Source of the DNA: Dimorphilus gyrociliatus
Taxonomy: Eukaryota > Animalia > Annelida
DNA length: 64,000 nt
Direction of reading: 5' to 3'
Assembly (NCBI GenBank): GCA_904063045.1
Contig: CAJFCJ010000003.1
Span: 1,798,001-1,862,000, forward strand
The notes below the pieces were generated by a model. That model was not told the origin of the DNA, did not search any database, and saw only the letters and a list, made by a program, of their open reading frames with translations. The translations under genes and the position numbers were made by a program. This document shows, piece by piece, positions 25,503-42,331 of this stretch (its first letter is position 1; each line of letters starts with the position of its first letter).

Positions 25503-28500
25503 ATGTCAGATACAAGTACACATAAAAGTTTCGATAGTGACTTTCCTATACTGGGACTTCTGCCGAAGAAAGAAACGGGGGCTTGGCAATTTTTAAACAA
25601 ATATCCCGAATACGATGGAAAAAATGTCACCATAGGTATTTTAGATTCTGGAGTTGATCCAGGGGCGGCTGGATTACAAAAAACGCCTGATGGTCGTCCT
25701 AAGATAATTGATATAGTAGATGCTACTGGCTCTGGTGACGTTGATGTTTCCACTACAGTTGAGGCTGTTGATGGAACAATCACTGGTTTAAGTGGCAGAA
25801 AGTTGAAAATTCCAACATTTTGGACTAATCCTTCGAATGTTTATCATATTGGAATAAAATCGTCTCTTGATCTCTACCCTAAATTACTTAGAGAGCGACT
25901 GTCGACAGAATATAAGAAGAAGATTTGGGATCCTCAGCATAGGGAGAAGTTAGCTGAAGCTGTCAAAAAATTGGAAGACTTTGATCGTGAACCCTCCGTG
26001 GAACTCTCGCAGGAAGAAAGAGAAATTAGAGAAGATTTACAGCATCAGATAGATGTTTTGAATTCTACTGAAAAAAAATATAACTTTCCTCCAAAAATAT
26101 TTGACTGTGTTGTCTTTAACGATGGAAAAGTTTGGCGGTAATTAACCTTTATTGACTATACATAAATTCCACATGTATACATATGTATGTAATATAACTT
26201 TTTAGGGCTTGTATGGATACCAGCTGCATAGGGAAGTTGGAAGATTGCTCACTAATGGCATCATATTATGAGGAAAACCAGTATGCAACAATAAGTGCTT
26301 TAGGTACCTAAAATATCAAAAATAGGAAGTATGCTAAATATATTCTCTCTCAGATCAAATGAATTATAGTTTCAACATTTGGAATGATGGTAATGTGCTG
26401 GAAGTGGTCACAAATGCGGGATCCCATGGGACTCACGTAGCTTGTATTGCAGCCGGATATTTTGAACATGAACCAGAAAAAAATGGTATTGCTCCAGGAG
26501 CTCAAATTGTTGCAATAAAAATAGGAGACTCTAGATTAGGATCTATGGAAACTGGTACAGCCCTAATTCGAGCGATAATTCATTTGTCAAGAAAAGGTGT
26601 AAAATTGGCAAATTACAGTTATGGAGAGGGGTATTTGTGGCCCAATGCTGGTAGAATCAACGAGGTGATTGAAGAATCAGTTAGAGAGAATGGACTAGTC
26701 TTTGTATCATCTGCAGGGAATGATGGTCCTGCTTTAGGGACAGTTGGATCGCCAGGTGGGACATGTAGTTCAATTGTAAGTGTCGGTGCTTACGTTACTC
26801 CTGAAATGATGAAAGCTGAATACTCACTTCGAGAGTATCTTCCTCTAATGCATTATACATGGAGTTCTAGAGGTCCTGCTGCTGATGGTGCTCTAGGCAT
26901 TAGTATCTCTGCACCTGGAGGAGCAATAACTAGTGTCGCCAACTGGACACTAAAAGGTATTTCTAATATTTTAGTGACGTTAATTTGTCAATATTTTTAT
27001 TGAAGGCTCTGAACTAATGAATGGAACATCTATGTCGTCGCCGAATGCTTGTGGGTGTATTGCATTGATTATGAGCGCTTTAGCAGCCAAAGGGCGCCAT
27101 TGCAGTCCATATGAACTACGACGCGCTCTAGAATATTGCGCTATTAACGAGTCAAGTCAGAATTTCGACAAATTTGCAGCTGGTTTCGGAGTTGTTAAGG
27201 TGGAAAAAACATTTGACTATTTACATAACGTTTTGAGTCATAGAGATATTTTGATGGATATTAACTGGCATGTTTCGGTAACAATGCCAAAATCTGGTTC
27301 AAACTCACCAGGAAGAGGTATATTTATCCACGAGCCAAATCAGGCTTTTAAGCGCACTGAACACTTTGTTTACGTAAAACCTGAACTTCACGGCGAAGGC
27401 TTAGAAAAGGAAAAAATAAATTTGTCAGTCCATGCTCGATTGGTTTGTGAAGAATCTTATGTGAAATCGCCTTCCCATATTGAATTAATGAACACTGGTC
27501 GTGGATTTTATATTCAAGTAGATCCAACAGGACTAGAGACTGGATGCTACTTGACCGAGCTCAAAGCTTTTGATTGTGATAATGTAGAAAGGGGGCCATT
27601 ATGGCGTTTACCTATAACTGTCATAGTTCCTCGTAAAGTACCAAGCTGGAACTACAGTCAAGAAAACATTTCTTTCCAACCAGGAGAAATCCGTCGTCAC
27701 TTTTTCGTTGTTCCCATTGGCGCAAGCTACGTTGGTTAGTATATAAATTTTTTTCTAAAAGCCCGCCACACAATTTCTAAACTTTATCAAACAGAAGTCC
27801 AATTGACAAACACTTACGTGAACTTAAAAGAAAATCCTCACCAGCGTCATTTTGGGGTAGTAGCTATAAAAGAATTGGCTGATGGAGGAAGAAAGCGTAA
27901 AGCAAGACGATTTACAATAGCGGCAGGTGAAACTATAAAGCTACCTAATATTTTACGTCGAGTAGGTGTAAGGTTTAAGTGTGGCGGGCTAAAGCTTCGA
28001 TACCAAATTTGAATATTGTCAGTCAAGTTACTTGCAAACAGAGGTGAAAATTTCGTCAAACCACAAAGAAAATTCACTAAAAATGCTCCTTCATGCTGTA
28101 CAATTTCATAGTTTTTCAACAAAAAGATTATCACATTTTCTATCACTGAATCCGTTAGCAACGGCTGATGATAATTTTATTTTGATTAATGTAAGTTATA
28201 GCTCGCCACTCATCGACAAGGCTATGAATTTCAATAATGTTTTCATATACTTTAGGATAATTCAACAATTGAAATAACCATTGCTAGATGGTGGGCATCT
28301 TTGGGGAATGCTACTCTATCCTACTCCGTTCAATTTAGAGGAGTGATGCTGTCATCTAAATCATTTACTCTTCATGCTGGTGCGCCAGCCCTACCAATAG
28401 ATATTAAGTCATACTGTCCAAGAGCTGAAGAGATTTCACCTAACGTTACCCTGCGTTTTTGGGAGCAATCTCTCAAACCAAGCTCGTTTAAGATTAGAAC

Positions 28501-29824
28501 ATTGGATTCAATACGCGATTGTGTAGTCCCATACAAACGCCAAATTTATGGTTTGGAATTGATATATAAACTAAATATTGATCGCACGACCGACGTTGTC
28601 ATAAATTTTGCCCCACTTTCTTCTTTATTGTACGAAAGTGATTTGGAAAGTCAGTTGTGGATGCTTCATGACGCGGCCACAAAGGTGCATATTACGTCGG
28701 GTGATGCATTTCCCTCAGGTTATTCGAAAAAGTTAGACAAGGGTGACTATTTATTGCGTCTCCAAATTCGACATGAGAAGCAGGATATTCTCGAAAAGCT
28801 TAAAGATTTGACAGCAACAATACAGTTAAAACTTCATTCTAACATAACGTTAGATTTGTACTCAGATACGTCAGGCGCCTTGGTTAATTCTAGGAAATTT
28901 CCATCTTCAATTATTTTACCAGAAGGTGAAAGCTCAACTTTCTTTGCTGCTCCTCCTAATGATGAGAAAATATCAAAGAACAGTGGTCGTCTACTCGGAA
29001 GCCTTACCTTGTCACGAGATGAATCAATAAAAAAAGCTGTAAACTATCCCTTTTATTATGTAATCCCAAATGGTAAAAAAAATAACAAGAGCACACCTGA
29101 AAAAAGACTGTCGAATGAAGAGGCAAGTAAAATCTTGATGGAAGCTGAACGAGACTGTCGAATAGCTCACCTGCGAAAGCTTGAGGACCCATTACTTTAT
29201 TACAACGAATTATGCATAAAATATAATGACTATGTTCCTTTACATTTAAGTTACTTGCAAGGAGTAGAGGCTAATCCAAATGTTTCATCGGGACACATTA
29301 CAGATGTTTGTACGAAGGCTTTAGATTTGATAGACAAGAATGAGGTATTAATAAATATTGGTCTTAAAAATGATCAACGACCTGATGCTGCCCGAATAAA
29401 AGCTGACACTGAAACGAAAAAGCTGTGGTTGATTGAGCTTTATATAAAATTTTCAAGCAGTCTTTTGGATTCACTCGAGAAAGTAGATAACGATATACTA
29501 CGAATTGAAAATCAGAATTCTATTGAACTTATGAAGAGTCAGTTGCATCAAAGTATTCTAAATTTAATGTCTTTAAGCGATTCTTCACAGGACCAACAAA
29601 CAGGTCAAGTTATTGCTCGCTATGCTTCTTATAAAAGGCTTTATGGAAAGTCACTCAAAATTTTATTGAAGATATTTGAAGAAAGATGTGCTGGTCAAGA
29701 CTCAAATGATCTTGAAGTGAAAATCATTAGTCTTTGCAAAAAATGTGACTGGAATCATTTAGCAAATTATTATGAAGATTGGAGAGTCTATAAGCATCCT
29801 AAGGGGCCGTATAGACCTTTTTAA
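25503..29824 (+). CDS. TPP2: Tripeptidyl-peptidase II (subtilisin S8 family), multi-exon
   Basis: Catalytic triad motifs [17 protein letters not shown] and [11 protein letters not shown], plus IARWWASL and the C-terminal TPPII domain. Short GT-AG introns, e.g. 26957-27005 (49 nt). Confidence 0.96.
27795..27967 (+). CDS. TPP2: Candidate mutually exclusive alternative exon A of TPP2 (paralog of exon B, 28042-28190)
   Basis: A 60-nt intron (27735-27794) precedes it. It starts phase 1 with E-V like exon B and ends phase 0 at donor GTAGGT (27962) or GTAAGG (27968). It is open in frame and flanked by a perfect 12-bp inverted repeat. Confidence 0.7.
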
Positions 29825-30041
29825 ACGTGCAATCATGTATTTGACAGCTTTGTAATTTTCTGAGAATACATTTCTTGAATCAATACAGCTAAATCGTTAA
29901 AAAATGTATTTAAAAATTAAATGAATAGCGATAAATACTAACACGCATGAATTTTTTAATCGGAAACTTTGGTGTTGTGGTTATTATTTTGGGATCGAGA
30001 ATATAGTTATTGTTCCATTGAGAATGAATATCTTAAAGACT

Positions 30042-31598
30042 TCACATGAACGGGTTAGTCGAATTAGTTGGTCTAGGATTTGAAGAGTTGTTAAAATTTT
30101 GCTGAAAGAATCATTTGGATAAAGTAGAGAAATTGATAAGGTATTTCAATTACCATAAACGGATTGGCTGAATTGCCGAATTGTTGAGGCTGTTGGGCCT
30201 GGTATGGCGTATTCCACTGAAAGTTGACATTGAAGTTTTGCTGCGACTGGATATTTGACATAAATGGGTTTGCACTTGGGATAGATGGGACTGACGGAAT
30301 TTGACTTGAGTTAAAAGGGTTAGCTGAAAATAAAACAAATGTTTTCCAATCTTACAATATGAAAAAAATTATAATGTAAAACTCACTAGCGTTTGTTGTA
30401 TTAAATGTTGATACAGTCTGATTATTAGTTTGAGGAGGAAAAGTACTACCATTATTAGCTCCAAATCCTCCAGGAGCAGAGTTAGAAACAGGAAAGGGAC
30501 CTGAATTTTGTGATGGAATGGTTGAAAAGTTGCCGAAAGTCGATGAATTTGTCCCACTAAAATTTGTTCCTCCGTTTCCATCCCAAGTAACGGATGATGT
30601 CGAACTGAATTCACTGTCTAAGGCTGCAAGTGCAGCGTATTTGTCGCTGGAAGTCATGTTCGGTTTAGTCAGATTTAGTACGTTATGAATATTTTTAGAT
30701 TCCGAAAAGGGTTGGATATTCGCAAGATTGGAAGTTTGCGTAGTGCTTTTGTCGTTAAAAGCGTCAAAATTAGCAAAATTGGCTTCAAACAAGGAGGATC
30801 CATTTGAAGCTAGTAAAAGTAAAAGTAGTGTAAGTTATTGTTCAACAATTGGTTATTTCAATTGAAGTGAACTAACGTGTAACAGATTCCTGCTCCTGCT
30901 GCATGACGGGCTTTGACGATGAGGTCTCCAATTGTGATTCCTGAAAGGGATCTTGCAGATCTGTGATTAAATTTGATGGCTTCTTAATATGATGAGAATT
31001 TATAGAGATGGAAGCTGGTGGAGGAGCTGAAATAGAAGGAAGGACTCTGCTTTGAGATATGGAGCTCTGAATTCCCCCTAACACATTTCTAGGTTTAAGT
31101 TCTCCTGATTTTTCAATAGAATTCATTCTTCGGGCCTCCTCATGAAAAGCTTCAGTTGGAGCTACATACCATCGTTTTTTTTCATATTTGTGAGTCATAA
31201 AATCTCTTAGTTTTTGTTCATCTTTGGTATTAGGCTCCATTGACTTATGAGCATCATACAAACCCAAATAAACTTTTCTGCAGAAATCGTTTCCTCTAGA
31301 CTTCAAAAATTCCATCTCTTCAGTTGTAAATGATGCCATTGAAATGGATTTTACACGATGAGGGGGGTTTAAGCCTCGCCTGTAACAAATTTAACATTCT
31401 ATATACAAGTTAGTTGGCATAAAAATTTTCTACATACACAGTTCCACTACATGCTGTACAAATAAAAGCCCCAATTGTCATATTGACGTAGGTTGGACCT
31501 CGTTGATTACAATCAAAACAATGCTTATTATGAGATAGAGCTGCCATTTCCCGCAACATTTTCAGGTGCTTTTCATCCTGTTTTCTCTTATTCGCCAT
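30042..31598 (-). CDS. AGFG1: ArfGAP domain and FG-repeat protein (AGFG1/HRB/drongo homolog), 5 exons
   Basis: KQDEKHLKMLREM..NKHCFDCNQRGPTYVNMTIGAFICTACSG..RGLNPPHRVKSISMASFT, several NPF motifs, and a C-terminal STNPFM followed by the stop. Confidence 0.93.
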
Positions 31599-31901
31599 CG
31601 TTAAAATATTACTAATTTGTATTTATGTTACTAAAAGAATAAATTTAGATAATTAGAGTGAATATAACAACTAGAATATATTCAGAGGAAATCTTCAAAA
31701 ATCACAGATACCATTTTGGATATGTCGCTTATGGGTTCTATGCAAATCTTTTTCTTGACTTTAAAAAAAATACAAGTTACAGGTGACACCACTGATGTTG
31801 GCGCCAAAAATGTGAAAGAACTTTTTGAGAACAACATCATATATTTTTTATTTTTTTACAGGTTAATAATGTCAATTGAGCAACAGCAGCTGTTAGCAGC
31901 G

Positions 31902-38806
<6,905 letters not shown>

Positions 38807-39182
38807 GTAATCACAGCAGGTGCTTTATTAAATACTCTGGGAAGGGATAAATCCCACTTTGAAAACCCTGGAATTCCGTACAAAAGCTTCTAGCGACATG
38901 TTGTATTCTTACGCGCCGCTTCGATGGTTTGCCATATGAAAAAAATAGTTCCCATGAAAATTCTTTTGTATCGCACTTAAATAATAATTAATTAAATAAA
39001 TTCATAGAATACTTCTTTAATTTTATTAAATTTCTTTTATTTATTTAAACCAATACTAATTATTATCATCAAGGATTTTAGGCAAAAAGACATTTTCCCC
39101 AGTCCTCAAAAATTTACGCGCTTTAATTTTTACCTAAACTACTAGACGTTCTGATAAGCTCAAATAGCCTTACATCAGTCAA

Positions 39183-39204
39183 ATATATATATATATATAT
39201 ATAT
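39183..39204. repeat. (AT)11 microsatellite
   Basis: Direct read of ATATATATATATATATATATAT. Confidence 0.9.
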
Positions 39205-39810
39205 GTATTAGGTAAGCTTTCTTTTCTTACTTCAAACCATTGGTTACATAGAATTATAAATGAGTCCTTTCAGTACATTATTTTTTACGAAAGATTAATC
39301 TAAGCATCTTACGAGCGTTCTTAAAACCGAGCTTATAATATATTTTGTTCTAATTATAATAGTAATGAGGACAGAATTTCATTCCAATTATAATTCTCTT
39401 TACACAAGACTTGTGATTCTTTGACTGCGAGTATATAATGAATCTCTATTAGGACGGGTTATTTCTTTCCTTAATTTACTTATCACTTAAATTACCCCAA
39501 GGTAAATAGACCTAAACCAAATTTTTTTAACTGTTTAACTTTTCGATGATCATTTTCTTGGAGATGTACTTATTTTTATTGAGTATATGTTAATGCTGCA
39601 ACCAATAGCTGCCCCTTGATACAAATGGTCTGAGTCTATGCATAGTACCTCATTAGTGTTTGTCAGTGAGTAGTGGAGGTTTCAACTTCCGTTGGTCGTG
39701 TTCTAATATCTAAGCAGGTAAACTATAAATTTATTTCTTTTTGCAATGAATAAATAAATATACGAACTAACAGTTTATAGGAACATACAAGCTTTAAACA
39801 CAGAAGAATT

Positions 39811-40062
39811 ATGTCTTCCATCACCTTATGGAGTTTGGTTTTTTTCTTATCTTTTATGATCTGTAGATCAGATGAAATCGATCAACGATTAATTAATTTA
39901 TCTAAATCTGATCATCTTAACAAGCGTCTTTGGATTGGAAGCTTACATGGCGGGCCATTGCCTGTGGCTTCTCGCTTATCCAGTATTCTATCTCAATTCC
40001 CAGAGTCATCAGAAAGTCTACCAAAGCCAGCACGATATTGGAAAATACGATATGGTCGTTAA
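39811..40062 (+). CDS. Neuropeptide precursor, NKY (neuropeptide KY) family; predicted 42-mer ending RYamide
   Basis: Hydrophobic signal peptide, KR site, then LWIGSLHGGPLPVASRLSS..YWKIRY-G-R-stop (amidation signal). GGPLPV.xRL and the terminal K-x-R-Y-amide resemble recalled Platynereis NKY-1. A likely 63-nt 5'UTR intron lies at 39718-39780. Confidence 0.85.
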   Translation: MSSITLWSLVFFLSFMICRSDEIDQRLINLSKSDHLNKRLWIGSLHGGPLPVASRLSSILSQFPESSESLPKPARYWKIRYGR

Positions 40063-41306
40063 GTCGTGTTTGCTTAATTAACGCTATATACATGTTGTGA
40101 ATTAAATTAGCAAAATATACTTTTATGAGTTCAAAGTCAAAGAAATTTGAAAGACTTAATTTGGAAAGATTAGGATGTAAAGCTTACATATATCGTATAT
40201 ATTAATTTGTGTGATTGACAGTTATTTTTAAGATCCATATCCCTTCTACGTAAAGTTAACAGATCTTTTATCTTTTGATAATAAATGCTAATAGATAAAT
40301 CTTTAGGATAGTATTAAATGCAATAAGCTGTTAACAAATTAGGGAAGAAAGAGACGAAGATGACAGTGACTTTTATGAACTCAAGCTCATTAATGACTCT
40401 CACGTTGTTAAAATAAACAGTATCTTCAAGTAAAAACGTGATACAAATTCTGAAGTAAATCACAAAAAAATTGTTGAATTGAACATTTTAAGAATGAAAA
40501 TGTAGGCGATTTCTGTTTGAAATATCTACTTTTATGTCTTCATCTGCAAATTTGAGATTCGCATTTTACAGCTTTTTAGATTTCATTTATGATATATTTA
40601 TTTGTAATTTTCGATACCCTATTCTTGATATTTGTTGTAAATTCATACCTAAAGCAGGTTTTGTTTTAATATAACGTAGTTACCGTGAGATGATAGGAGC
40701 CTAGCAATCAGTCAGTTATTATAGCAATCTAAAAAATCCTTATGGATTTATATATTCACACTAAATAGATAATTAGAGCACGAAAACTCAGAAAGTGTTT
40801 CATTCTACTCTAATAAGATATTATTTAGAGGTAGAATAAGTACAAAGTAGATATCTTCAAAATAAGTATTTAGAATTGATCTAATTATCTTTATTGAAAG
40901 TTGTTTCTTTTAATATCGTAGATCTTTTAAACTGATTTATTGCTTCTTTCAAACATTTTCATTTGAGAAAGTTTGTTGATAGAGATAATATTCCAGAAAA
41001 CTGTGACAAATTTAATTCCGATAAACCTAGAATTACTGACTAGCAATAACTATACAATATACTAATTGTCATATTAAATAAAGTTGCTAATTATTCTTAT
41101 TCTCATAGGTTAATTAAAGTAGTACAACATGTGCAACTATCTACATATTATAGGAGTCATCAGTTTTCAATTCATTTCAATAGCAAAAATACTGTTTTTC
41201 CTAGTTAGGTACCAGGTAGGAACTTCTTTTGGGAATTTAGTATGGTGGCTACCACGGAATAGACTACTCTGCAAATGATATAGCGACATCTCATCGGGCC
41301 ACATTA

Positions 41307-42305
41307 ATGAGATTTTTTGGAATCGGGTATATTATGGATGTTGTATTTAACATTAATACTCCGCGATATCCTGACGACTCAATTGTCAAAGAATTGTTTA
41401 CTTTTGTTTATAATAATGATGAATCAAAAGTGAAAGAAAATATAATAGGGAATAATTCATCAAATTTCTATTTAAATAAATCCAAAAGAACGCTTCTACA
41501 TTTGGCCGCCAGTTCAGATACAAGAGTAAATGTATTATCAATTCTCCTCGATGCTGGAGCAGATGTCACGATGCGTGATGTATGGGGAAGTACTCCCTTG
41601 ATCGTTGCTATTATTCACAACGCAAAACAGTGTGTTACAGTTTTATTATCTTATGAGCAAACATTAAAATGCCTTTTGATTGGTGATAAAAACGGAAGGC
41701 TTCCCTTGCACTTTGCAGTTACGAACTCAGACGACATGTTGTTGAGAGTTTTGGGTAGAATGAACCCACAGGCACTTACAATAGAGGATAAAAGAAAACG
41801 AACGGTACTTGATTTAGCTGTTCTTTGTAAACAGAAAAAGATTGTTGAAACCTGTTTCAAACTTGCCAAGAAATATAAAATTAGCTTGAAAACATGGAAT
41901 GCAACCATTCAGGCTTGTAGGCAATCATCAGTTGAAATAATTAAAATTTTGCTTGAAGAAGGAAAAGTTGATTTTCATGAGTTGTACCTGGAAGTCTCTT
42001 CCTGCCCGATTTCATCTGAAGTAAGTAAATTACTAATGGTGGCTGATGGAACTGGCTTAGTTGCAAAATCCGTTCTAAGAGAGTCAAAGTATATGGCTAA
42101 ATTTGAAAATGAAGATTCACTTTATTTCGGATTATTATCAGGTCATATTTCACAAAAACACGTTCCATCTTTAAAGAACATTGTTATTTGGAAAATTCGG
42201 CAGTACTTAATGCCACTTCATGGAAATGTACTGAGAGCATGTTCTAGAATTGATAAAAATATTCTGCCATATCGTCTTATAAATATGTTATTATTACAAG
42301 AATAA
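41307..42305 (+). CDS. Ankyrin repeat and SOCS box protein (ASB-like), intronless
   Basis: Ankyrin repeats (TLLHLAA, TPLIVAI, LPLHFAV, TVLDLAV) and a C-terminal VPSLKNIVIWKIRQYL SOCS-box-like motif. Confidence 0.8.
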   Translation: MRFFGIGYIMDVVFNINTPRYPDDSIVKELFTFVYNNDESKVKENIIGNNSSNFYLNKSKRTLLHLAASSDTRVNVLSILLDAGADVTMRDVWGSTPLIVAIIHNAKQCVTVLLSYEQTLKCLLIGDKNGRLPLHFAVTNSDDMLLRVLGRMNPQALTIEDKRKRTVLDLAVLCKQKKIVETCFKLAKKYKISLKTWNATIQACRQSSVEIIKILLEEGKVDFHELYLEVSSCPISSEVSKLLMVADGTGLVAKSVLRESKYMAKFENEDSLYFGLLSGHISQKHVPSLKNIVIWKIRQYLMPLHGNVLRACSRIDKNILPYRLINMLLLQE

Positions 42306-42331
42306 ATTGTTTGTTTTATGACATTTAAAAA

